From Bigelowiella natans CCMP2755 (taxonomy: Eukaryota > Protista > Cercozoa): a stretch of 64,000 bases of DNA. Below, piece by piece: positions 52,279 to 64,000 of the stretch (positions within the stretch are counted from its first letter, which is position 1; the number at the start of each line of letters is the position of its first letter). The position numbers were made by a program, and so were the translations under genes. The DNA is taken from the NCBI GenBank assembly GCA_000320545.1, contig ADNK01001820.1, forward strand, positions 62,001 through 126,000. Direction: 5' to 3'. Below the pieces are notes generated by a model. It made no database searches. It saw only the letters and a list, made by a program, of their open reading frames with translations, and was not told the DNA's origin.

Positions 52279-55042
52279 ATGCGTTCGGACGATGTGCAGA
52301 AAGCGATGAGCGGTACGTGATAGAGGAATAAGTCAACGCAACCTCTCCTCCCTTCCTCCAGCCCCCCCCCCCTTATTTGAACACACCGAAGAATGATGTA
52401 TGACCATCTTGTTCCACTTATTCATCTTACAAGATAAATATTTAGAAGGAGGAGGAGGAGGAGGAGGAGGAGGAGGAGAATACAAGTTGCAGCCCATCTC
52501 CGATAGATTCGGCTGCTACGTGTCTGGGATTCAGCTGCGGGAGGCAGCCGGGTGATGATGAGTGATGATGAATGATGATGGATGATGATGACGATGACAA
52601 CGAGTTTTGGAAGGCGTACCCTCTTTGCATTATATATTTTAATTAGTCGGTGTATGGCGGTTAGGAATGATCGACTGATGTCCAAGATCGAGGCTGACTT
52701 GGCCGAGCATAGAATCCTTCTTTTCCGAGGTGTATTTAGAGGAACGAGAAAAATATAGCTATTATTTCTGCTACCTATACTTTTTGCCGACGACTACTAT
52801 TTCTTCTCCTTCTTCCTCTTCCTCTTCTTCTTCTTTTCTATTGTCACTTCTACTACCATTACCACTGCTACTACTACTATTACTACTGCTACTATAATAA
52901 ACCACTATATCCCCACTTGCTTTTCATCCTTTAAGGACAAGGAAAGCTCTCTGCAGAGATTCAGATTAAGATCAGTGAGCACTTTGGTACAGTACAATCT
53001 ACATTCTATAAGCATCCAAAGTCGCCGCACAAAGACATTTTCCGCGTATCGAATGATGAGAACGAGGGTTGCACACGGTAGGTGGAGTTTCGACCTCTTT
53101 TCTGTTATTTTTTTTGAAATTATCAGACATGGAGAATATGACTCAGATTCGCATAGAAAATAAATATGTAAATATATCTTCTTTGTATATTGCATTTATA
53201 TTTTTCTTTTATAATAATTCTGTTGTAGGGTGGGAAGATCAGGATGGCATATTGATGGCACGTTTCTCCAGCGGCCTTTCGCGGTGCAGGTGATAGTTCA
53301 AGGGGGGGGAGAGAGAGTAAGGGTAATTTGGTATGATGTTCAAGGATTGATAATCAACAAGATAATGCCTACCACAGACGATGCACTTCTGGTCAGCGAA
53401 TGCTTCTGGTTCTACGCTTTTCTGGTGATGTCAGTTCGCTGTATGTAGACCGTCGTGTACAGTGGCAATTGCAGCGAAATGCATGCAGCAAAAACAGTCT
53501 TAACACTGGACAATTATGATTTCCAATGGAAATTTCTGCGATTTTTGACTTTCGGTCACATCTGTAAGAAAATTCAGCGTCCTTTTTTGTTCAATAACGT
53601 TTCACGATTTTCGCTTACTCTGCTGGATAATCAACCCGTTATTATTCCCATACTTGCCTGTCGAACTCTTATCGCCGTCAGTCCACTAAATGAGATTGTC
53701 GAGACGCTTGATTCGAAGGAACGTCAGGAGTGGGATCGGCTATTCTTCGTCGGCGACAGCTCCGTTCACCCCCTGATGTACCCGCATCCAAAGACGGGCA
53801 AACAAACTCTTTGCTTTCACCTTGGAGGGCCGTTTTTCCGGGTGTGTAAGAATAAGAAAGGAGTTGGATCCGGGATGTCGTTGCATGGTTATTTTGTTAT
53901 ATTCATAGAGTTTGTTTGCGGTTGAAAGCAAGCTGGAGAATATTTGTTGCTGGATACACAAAATGCATAAAATTATCATAATAACATTATCTTCGTTTTT
54001 ATCGTCGTCATGACCGTGGTCATGTAAGTATCACCAGAAGCACTACCACCTTAATGATCATCAGATGCACAGAGACTGTAATGTGTTGCTATCACAGGGT
54101 TTCGCACGAGATTCTGGCACTGAAGAATGCAGGGCAGATATCTTAGACCCTGAAGAGTCAAAGTAAACCAGCAACACGTATCAGTAGTAGTTGTAGTAAT
54201 AGTAATCATATTAGCAATAGTGGTCAGAGTTAATTATCGATGATGGTTGGAGCACCCGTAGTGCGGCGAGTAGTAGGTTCCGAATCATATGTCTACGATA
54301 TGCTACCGACTGCAAACAATATCCCTCTAGATGTATAAAGGAACGACTCCTGAAGCTGCTCGAAGACCCCAAAAGGAACATTTCTATCCAGTGGAAAACG
54401 GGAGATTTTGCTATTCTTGACAACTTAGCGGTATGTTTATCAAAATTTGGCGATGCCTTTTACTTAATGACTGCTTACTTATCTCTCTTATTTCTTATGA
54501 GACTGATCACGCACCAAAAATTCATTATGCTTTTGATTGATGATACTCCAGGTTGCCCATTTTGCATCTCCGGGTACCCAGGTCATCATAATATAGTAAA
54601 AGTAGTAGAGAAATAAATCTATGTTAGATTCATAGTGAGCGAAAATACCGATAATTTTGGTCTGCAATACGGGAATGATCAGTATTGCTATACCCGTCAT
54701 GCGGGAAAAAATCATCGGTATACGGTACCGTCATGATTTCTAGAAATTTACTCCCTTATGTAGATCAGTGTTTTGCGTACAATTTTTTAAAATTTAAAAA
54801 ACAAATGGTTTTGCTAAAATGTTATCTTTCATCCCAGGACTCTCGCAAGAAAAGCGGCTTAAGAATATTGCATCGGTTGTATGACTATCGGAAAAATGAT
54901 CCAACGTTTCGCCGAAATTCTATCTTGCCATTTGTTATTCGCTAATAGTCTCTGACATTTTGCCTGCTTATGATCGATCAGAACAACTGTTGCAGGAAAA
55001 ACATCACCACTAGACCTAAAAACAAAGAAGGCAAAGGAATAA
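52279..55042 (+). CDS. TauD/TfdA-family Fe(II)/2-oxoglutarate dioxygenase, about 12 exons
   Basis: Spliced peptide includes LQPISDRFGCYVSGIQL, DLAEHRILLFRGQG, FYKHPKSPHKDIFRVSNDENEGC, GWHIDGTF (HxD), VHPLMYPHPKTGK, WKTGDFAILDNLAVAHFA (distal His) and GLRILHRTTVAG. TAA at 55040-55042; start approximate. Confidence 0.9.
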
Positions 55043-55295
55043 GACTCGATAGGAAGTATGAATAGGACACAATGAGTTCGAGAGGAGTTGTGGTTGTTAT
55101 CGTAGGCTTTTGAAGTCCTCGCTTATTAGAAAAGAAGTTACTTATTTGCCCAACCTGCGTAGTAAGAGTAATAATCTAATTGAAGCACAGTGTACATTGT
55201 TTATTTACTAACATGCACCGACAACGATTTCTGTATCTTGAAGGAAACATGCATTAAGCCACGAGGATTCGTATGTTTATTCTTACGCAACATAC

Positions 55296-55339
<44 letters not shown>

Positions 55340-55883
55340 GCTGCATGAGCAACAAACGTGCACGTATGCAATTTAGCATCAGGCGCGATAATGCCATATC
55401 GAATCAGCACTATCATGATCGCGTGTGGTTATCACTCATTCCCATCAAGCCCCAAAAAATTGTCTGCAGCATCGAACATGCATGTTCGCAAGCTTTTCGG
55501 GTGGAATAAATCAGGCACTAAGATGCATGCACGGTACATGTATATCTACTTGACATGCGGCGATAATAAATCTGTGATGACATCAACTAAGGATAAAACA
55601 AGTAAGAGTGCAGCCGACCAAAAAGAGCCAAGAAACAATGCGATGCATGAAGTGACTCGGTTGGGTGGGGAGGAGGGGACTTAGTTCACTTGCTCATCCT
55701 GAGAAATGATGACTAAAATGTTGTGGTCATCTCGGGTGAAGATCTCATAACACTATCTTAAATACCATGGATTGAAAAATATGGAGATTTATTCAACAGT
55801 TGTTATGAACTTAAAAATGACAACAGAGCCAAACACTATATGAATAGCTGTTGGGCATCCAGGGATGTGTTTGATTTTTAGCA

Positions 55884-55951
55884 AAAAGGACGATCTGTAA
55901 ATATCATACTTCCCATAAAAGGACGATCTGTAAAATTATACTTCCCATAAA
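55884..55951. repeat. 33-bp tandem duplication, intergenic
   Basis: aaaaggacgatctgtaaa..atacttcccat occurs twice (ggacg at 55888 and 55921). Confidence 0.85.
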
Positions 55952-56665
55952 AAATCTACAGAGTATCTGTAACAAGGGTTCTCTTTCTGGAGCACAACTT
56001 TAGGAGGTATAAGAGACAGCAGAGAGATGGAGGCAAGTGCGGCAGGCAGATAAAATCTCCTTCTTTCAGAACCAAGTAACGGAGGAGCACCGCTACAAGA
56101 AATAGGGATAGCTCGAGAAGGGTGGAGAGATCCGAAATTTAGTCTCAGCTTGTCACGAAATGAAGTATTGGAACTGAAAGAGTGCGTGCCCCAATGCATT
56201 GTCTTCTTAGAGCGGCATGTCGGAAGCAGGAAAAATTAAACTACAATGTCAGATGCCCACCATGTTGTGTTGAGGAAGAATTGAAATTATGGGAAGGCTT
56301 GTTTCCATGAATCCCATCGGAAGTAGCGTGGAGTAGCGAGGTCTTCATCGCAGTCTTGAATGGGTTGTGAGGCAACGATGTGAAACAAAAAAGTACGAGG
56401 TTCCAATTCTTCACATTTATTAAAGTCTACTTGTTTTCTGCGTATGTTCCAGGTGATTCTAAAGCAACGACAACATCAACTCGAACAACACGTAACTGGG
56501 AATCGCCAGGTGTTCCTGTACCCCTTCTCGTCCCGGTTTCGGGAAAAAAGGTTAGTAGTCCATGTTGATTTAGTAAGAAATCCCCTGTATTTATTCCTTG
56601 CGACATTTCTCGAAGTGCGAATCACGAGCTACTGAACAAGAGGCTCTCCTCGCCGTTGCCTGCCC

Positions 56666-58464
56666 ATGGGGGTTCAGGGCTTGTGGAAGCTGGTCAAGGC
56701 GGTTGGCCGGCGTATCCCACCATCCCACCTCTGTGACAAGAAGCTCGCCGTCGATGTTAGCATTTGGCTGACCCAGTTTGTGAAGGCGATGCGTGACAAT
56801 GAGGTATGCATGAATTGATATATGGAAGACGGACGACAGGACGACGGGACGATGACAATTTCACAAGTTGGCTGATCAGTTGTGAAGAAATCATTGCCCA
56901 CATATTCAATGCATCCATTTATTGAATGATAAAAATCTGTCATCCTTGCATTTATTGCATTGCTCCCTTCTTCTGTTCTATAGGGAAACATGCTAAAGAA
57001 CGCTCACCTGCTCGGCGTGTTTCGGCGAATCTGCAAGTTGCTGTTTTACCGTATCAAACCCGTCTTTGTGTTCGACGGTCCTGCTCCCATGCTCAAGCGT
57101 CTCACAATCACCCAAAGGGCAAAAGTGAAGAGAAAGGCTCGTTCCACCCTCCGCAGCACGGCGGAGCGATTGCTCATCAACCAGATGAAACTGCAGAGTC
57201 TGATGAAGCTCAGGGAAGGAAATACAAAGGAAAAGAAGGCAGCTAATAACAATGTGAATGGCAACAATAACGACCATGATGATAAAGGAAACACACAAGA
57301 GGCGGCTTCGGTGGTTACAGAAGCGAAGAAGAGCACGAAAGACGGCGCTTACGGCGTGATAGAGTTTGCCCTCTCTAATACCAGCAACTCAATTCTTTCC
57401 ACTACTTCTAATGATCCTGCTACTACTGCCATCACTACTGGTAGCGAAGCTATCTCCGAGAAAAAACGTTGGAGCTGCTCGGTGTGCACGCTACTTAATG
57501 AGCAGAACGTTGCTATTTGCGAGGCGTGCGGCATTGGGGAAAGGCAACCGCAGCATCAGCAAAGACGACAAGGTTTATTCTAAAGTAACAGCTATGTAGA
57601 GGATAGTGATGGTGATGATGATGATGATGATGATGATAGTAATGCATAATATATTTTCAAAGCACCACCTTATAAAATGCTGATTGGGTCTGCGAGCAGG
57701 TCAGACAGATACAGTGGTGGATCTCGCAGGGGGGGATGATGATGAGACACACCGTATTGATGAAACTGACCATGGTGATGATGATGAAGACGGAGAAGAT
57801 GTCGATGAGAAAATCAAGGATCCTGACTACGAGGTTGCAACGACAACGACAATGACGATGAAAATAATATGATGTAGTGACAACCCGAACAGATGCACGT
57901 TATTTCCTTCTTAGGAGGAGCTGAACGAGGACCTTGAGTGCGAGCTCGCAGATGACGAGGAAAGGAAAAAAAATGGACAAGAAAGGGATAACAACTGGAA
58001 ACGTGAGAAACGAAAGAGAGCTCGCGGAAAGGGGGGACGCTGGACTGATGAAAGAAAAGGGAAAGGCAAGAAAAGTAAGCATGGAACTCCCGGGCGACGG
58101 CAGCTACGACGAGGCCTTCGTCGCGGAGATGCGATGTATGGGAATGTATATATTCCAGATGTAAGCAGAGTGAAGGCGGAGGTAGAAAAAGCAATTATTT
58201 GTAGTAGTCTGGTATAGGTGTGGTAGTTGTGATGGCTCGCTAGTCGGTCACTGAAATCGACGACATCAGGAAATCAAGCAATATTTACTGAACCAAGAAT
58301 TAACTCCTACGCCATTTGCGAAGCCCCCCTCCCTCTTCCGTTACTCATTTCTTGCTCCCACCAGACTGTGGCTTCGCTACCCATGTCCATGCAGTATGAC
58401 ATCCTAAAGCAACGCGTAAGTAGATCTTAATTTTGGATTATTATTGCACAGAGCTATTAACCAT

Positions 58465-58503
<39 letters not shown>

Positions 58504-61339
58504 ACAACACTTATAATCTTCAAAATGGATTCGTAAATCGAGAGGAATCGGTTTGATATTACAACGAGAACCACATCCCACCACGCACGTACCCACGCGG
58601 ACACACACTGTGATGACCTTTCTCTTGTTGATCCAGGTCTCTCATAACCGCGCACTCGACTCGAGGAACTTCCTCAAAGCTTCCAAATCTGCGATCAACT
58701 TCTCCTCTTTCCAGCTGCGAAGTAAAATAAGAGAGGAAAAGAAAAAAAGAAGAGGATGAAGAGAGAGGAGGGAGTTGTGATGATGAGAATGTGCACGACC
58801 AAATACCTCCTCCTAACTTCTACATCCTCGTCCACTTCCTTCTTCTCCACTGCCTCACTCTCCCAAGGTTTTCTAAGAAACTCAAAGTTCAATCAAAACG
58901 TCAAAGCCGTGCGGGAGGCGGCAGCAGGTGCTGATTATGTTGGCGACGACATTCTGTAGATGGAAGAGTTGAATCAGTACTTTGAGAATAACGTGCTGAA
59001 ATTTGTTGCTGTACATGTAATTCGGAAGGAGTGGGGAGTCGTATAATATCATTGTGTGTATAAGTATCTATGTGCTGCAGAGCTACTACTACCTTTGAGT
59101 AATCAGCTGTTATTGATTCCGCACTACAACGAACACACAGGAACCAAGAAGCCTGCTTTAATGGTGCAGTCAGAAGGTAATTATTAAGATGATGTCCTGT
59201 TGCTGGTGCAGCAGCAACCTGCCTTCCTATCATTGTCACCATCATGATCTATGATGGTGATGGTGATGATGGTGCTCTCTCTTCGTTTATCGAATGGTCA
59301 CTCACAGTGTGAGTATGTAGTAGTAGTAGTAGTAGCAGTGGTGGTGGTGGTGAATCCATCTTTATGAAAGCACTACAACTTATGCAATCGACGTAGGAGC
59401 ACGTACTTTCCGATTTAACCGAAAACATGACGACGACAACAAGGATGAGGAGACTTCCATGCAAATGCATAAAAAGTCTGTCTCTCACACTCAACTTGGT
59501 CAATTACGGCCTCTAGCGACGAATCCAGTGGTGAAGACAAGTAGCACTAGCACTAGCAGCCACATTATTGTCTTCTCTGACAGGTAGATGATGATGCTGC
59601 TCAAACTCACACGATAGCAGGCAGTCACTGATGGTGATAATGATGATGATGAAAGCATGTTCTACTTAGCACTGGATTATGTAATTACAAGTTTAGATGT
59701 ACACAAATATCATATGCGTAGGCAGTGTAGCATGCGTATTAGTAATTGTGTGATGCATACATGTCCTTCCATTAGCTCCGAGGAAGAGGTCAAAGGGACC
59801 TCAGTACCGAAAGCGGAGGAGAAGAGGAATCAACAGCAGCAGTCTCACAAGACGACGACGATGACGACAGACAACACAGTCATCGTTTTCTCAGATAGCA
59901 GCAGCTGTAAGGATAGTGACGACGACGACGATGATGACTGGTTTAAGAACGATGATGTCGACGAAGACGAAGACGATGCCCAAAATGCGATGATAGCTTT
60001 GCCTACACTCGATTTACCGGATGATCTCTCGCCTCCCCGTATGTCGTCCTCTCTCAGAGAAGCAAAGCTTTCGCAAGCGGTAAAGAATATTGTAATCATA
60101 TGTTTTGGCTTCCTTGATGTCTTCTCCTTCGTTTCTGTTCTGTTTTACTCTTCTTTCTTGAGTGCTGCTGCTGCACGAGATGATTCCACGCTCATTCACA
60201 CGTTAGGAAGGAGCAGCTGACCATCATTCTTCAATCATCAATGATATTTACATTTCTCTCTTTCTTTTTGCCTTTGTTATATTCCTTACGATCACAGGAT
60301 ACTACGCCCTCCTCCCACCTGCGGCGAAGAAATAAAAGGAGGAGGAAAAGATCTAGTAGTGACAAGGCAGTGTCCTCCGGAGGAGGAGAGCAACATGGAT
60401 GGAAATGTATCTTCTTTCCCTTCTGCTTTTCTCTCTTCATGGATAATTATGAGTAGTAGTTGCGACGATCCCTTAGCCAACATTCCTACCTCTACTACCA
60501 CTCCTGCTACTACTACTACTACTACTACCACGTGCCGCATTAATTATATTCCCATGAAATATAGCCTACAAATCTACACAATACACTAATATTAACTTTT
60601 CGTCTTCGTCTGTTGGGCCCTCTCTGGTGAGTAATATGGAAGGAAAACAATTTCTTCCATTTCTATATAGTTTCCAGCCCCGGTTTGATTGATCCATCAT
60701 CCGAGGCTCTGCATGAAGACGCACCTTGCCATATTTCATCTTTCGATTAAATAAACATAACAAATATCCTCTACCTGAAAGGCGGGTCATGCGGTACGTT
60801 TAACTCCCTCAAGACTAAGTTCAAGCTGTGGCAAATGAACTACTGCATCCAATGCAAGGTGTAATCACCATCATCATCATCATCATCATCATCATCATGT
60901 GTCCTACACATGCAGCATGTTATATAATATTGACACTATCCGTCAACAGAGTTGCTGGTGGGACATCATGATTTTGCTGTGGCGTCTATATGATCATCCC
61001 AGTTCATTTCTGAAATTGCTAATGATGTTTGCACTCAGTTATAGTTTCTACCCTCTCCTCCTTCTCCTCCTCCTCTTAACTCTGTGGTTTCTCCATCGTA
61101 GGCCCGACGCTCTACGAGCGCAACTATGATCACTGCTGATGTTGCTGTAACAGAAACGAAAATAAGAAGCTCCTCCTCCACATCATCGTCAAATATGTTA
61201 GGGGAAGGAGGAGAAAAAAGCAGTTGGCTATGTTTGCGCTGTACATATATGAACACCGGTGACAAAGGGGCATGCGCTGTGTGTGGCTCTGAGAAGAAGA
61301 TCGGCCAGACGCACATTGTTACAGAAGGAGGTTCAACCG

Positions 61340-61376
<37 letters not shown>

Positions 61377-62565
61377 TGTGATTGTGAACGTCTCATCAGC
61401 ACACCAGCATTTGCCCGGAAAGACATCAATGCATGATAAATATTATCAGCACTTTTAGAAATTCTGACGCTACTGAAATTGATGACGACTATACCCCTTA
61501 TTGTTTTCAATTTCGCGAACCAATTTAATACTACGCGTATTATTATTTTTTACACACAATACTACAGCATAATAATTTATGCTTAACTTTTCCTTTTTAT
61601 TTTGCAGGCTTACCCATTCCAAAAGCGACATCGGCCCCTGCAACAGCTGTGGCATCCACAGCAAGAACTGAGGAAGATACCACTGCTACTACCAATGATA
61701 TTCCCATTAACAAGAATAATGATGACAATGTAATCGACAGCACCACGGCGCCAACGACGAAGAAGGAGTGCAGTGATTGCAAGACACTGAATGAAGCAGA
61801 AAATAATTTTTGCTTCCTGTGCGGCTGTAGCAGCCTATCTCTTGTTTCTTCTTCTTTCTCAGTCGCATCTCCACTTGCAAATATGAGCAAGCATACTATG
61901 GTGATTGATGAAGCTCATGACCAAGACGAAGTAGGTGGAATGGACGAAGAAGGAAGGAGAGAAGATAAACAAATGCCGGCATCTCCGCAATCAGACGCTT
62001 CATCATCATCATCATCATCGTCATCGTCTTCGCCATCGTCATCATCAATTCCGATTCAACATCACATGGCAAAGTCAACAACCACCGGCTCTAATGTGCA
62101 GGCCTATTCTTCAAAGGATGGGAAGATGCTGGGAGAGCTACATGACGATGACAACAACGATAACGATGATATCGATGATAAACCTGCCCAGCAAACTGAT
62201 AATAAGACAAATGACAATAGCAATAATAGTTCTTTGCAAGTAAACAGCATCGTTGCAGTGGAGAAGGACGAAGACAGGACGAAATTTTCTCGTGATATTA
62301 CAGCTGCTGCAACAACAACGGAAGATACAGCAACTGCTTGTGCTGGAGCGGCTGGCAGCAGCGGGAGCAGCAGCAGAATTTACAACGATGGAAGAGTCTC
62401 TCAGTCGTCTGAACAGCCGAATCTCCTTCCTCTTTTTCCTCCTGCATACTCCAAATATCAGGTCACAGATACTGAAGTGATGATGATGATGATGATGATG
62501 ATTGATGATGATTGATGATGAAGGTGATTCGAATCATCTGTCCTTTTTTTATCATGCTGATTGCA

Positions 62566-62639
<74 letters not shown>

Positions 62640-62959
62640 AGTTCCTCCTGCCGGTGTTGCTATATGTTGTTGCCGCAACAAAAACAACAACAGTTACTAC
62701 CACTACCACTATACTACAGGTGCTGATAAAAAATGGGGATGTCGTTCTCGGGTGGTGCGATATCGATGAAATATCCGAGGAAGCAAGGCAGGAGAAGGAG
62801 CCGACTAATCAGCAACAAGAAATTAGGAATAATGATCCTGCTACTACTACTACTACTACTACTCGCACTACCATGAACATGATAAAGATGAAGAAGACGA
62901 AGACTTTCCGCATCCTAGTGGCGAATACAAAATTCGCAATGAAGGTGGGTTTAATGATG

Positions 62960-62990
<31 letters not shown>

Positions 62991-63286
62991 AAGATCATAT
63001 CATTGCGCAAGAAGATGATGGCTGATTGAATTCTTACTTTGTCTGCTTTGCTGATGTTGAGTAGTTTGGAATTGCGGGTAAGGAGGCTCAGGGAGTGCCT
63101 CAGGAGCAGATTCGGCTTGTTAAAGTTGGAAAAACAGAAATGGATGATGGTGAGGAGGAGGATAATGAAGATGATGCAGATAATTCTGAAAGTTCATCAC
63201 AAGTAAACAACAGTGATAACACCAGTGAGCGCGAGAAGAAGGTAGATGAGCAAAGGGAGGAGGAGGAGGAGGAGGAGGAGGAGGAG

Positions 63287-63318
<32 letters not shown>

Positions 63319-64000
63319 GGAAGAGGACAAAGTTAGCGAAGATGAAAACAAAGGGGAGATTGAGGGGGATGAGCTGAAAGAACCAAATGGTGGTGATGAT
63401 GAAGACGTCAACGCTACGACATTATCATCATCATCAATAATGGCAAAGGGGGAAAGGGAAAACATGGTGGTTGAGCATACGAAAAAAGCTCCGGGACAGC
63501 AAAGTGGCAGACCCAGCACTGCTTCGGATCAGGGAAAAGTCGAGGAAGGATGTGGTGAAAAATCAGCTGCCAAGAACCTAGAATTTGTGTCAGGAATAGC
63601 CTCCAATGCTAAGACAGAGTTTCAGATTCTAATAAAGGGTGGTGATGGGAAGATTCTTGGTTGGTGTGACCTCGATGAATGCGATGAAGAGGAGGAGGAG
63701 GAGGAGGATCAAGAGGAACAACTACAACAGAAGAACAACAAGAACCACAAGAATAAGAACGGAGAAGATGAAGAGGATGAGAACAACGAAAACAACCATG
63801 CCTCCCGTCTCTACACTGTTACCGTCGCAAGATCACCGCTTGCCATTAGAGTAATGATGTATGTATGTATGTATGTATGTATGCATGTATGTGAGTGCGT
63901 ATCACTCGTTGGTCTGCATTAAGATTTCGTTTGTAGATTAAAATTGTTGTAATTATGTGGTTCATGTCCTCCCCCCCCCCTTTGTATGACGCACCCAGCA
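56666..64000 (+). CDS. XPG: XPG/Rad2 (ERCC5) structure-specific endonuclease: N-domain plus very long spacer, 3' end off-window
   Basis: MGVQGLWKLVKAVGRRI...KKLAVDVSIWLTQFVKAMRDNE|GNMLKNAHLLGVFRRICKLLFYRIKPVFVFDGPAPMLKRLT. Downstream XPG-type spacer motifs VASLPMSMQYDIL and NFSSFQLRSFLRNSKFNQ. The I-domain is not reached within the window. Confidence 0.93.

Overview
Intron-rich, microsatellite-laden nuclear DNA from a microbial eukaryote. It uses the standard genetic code with spliceosomal GT-AG and a few GC-AG introns. An axonemal gene and a protein with a bipartite-looking organelle leader suggest a flagellated alga with a complex plastid, such as a chlorarachniophyte; that placement is inference only. 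Genes reconstructed by hand-splicing, in order: an unknown multi-exon gene (+, 5' end off-window), DUF1415 protein (-), VPS24/CHMP3 (+), CUE-Smr endonuclease (-), CCDC146/MBO2 (+), presequence protease PreP (-), ERGIC3/Erv46 (+), an accessory block of orphan ORFs and decayed elements (34.9-44.2 kb), GH38 alpha-mannosidase (-), TauD-family dioxygenase (+) and XPG/Rad2 (+, 3' end off-window). The most striking signal is non-genic. A ~1.57-kb tract (37812-39382) of decayed, TE-like sequence has only 9 TpA dinucleotides by hand count, against about 90-100 expected. All 9 survivors sit in CTA/TAG context, 6 of them in CTAG. The decayed ORFs there lack Tyr and are rich in Cys/His. This fits a targeted TpA->TpG/CpA (A->G) hypermutation process, opposite in direction to fungal RIP. 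A weaker version of the same context bias appears in the spacers between convergent gene 3' ends. All counts and splice models were made by eye and need computational confirmation.
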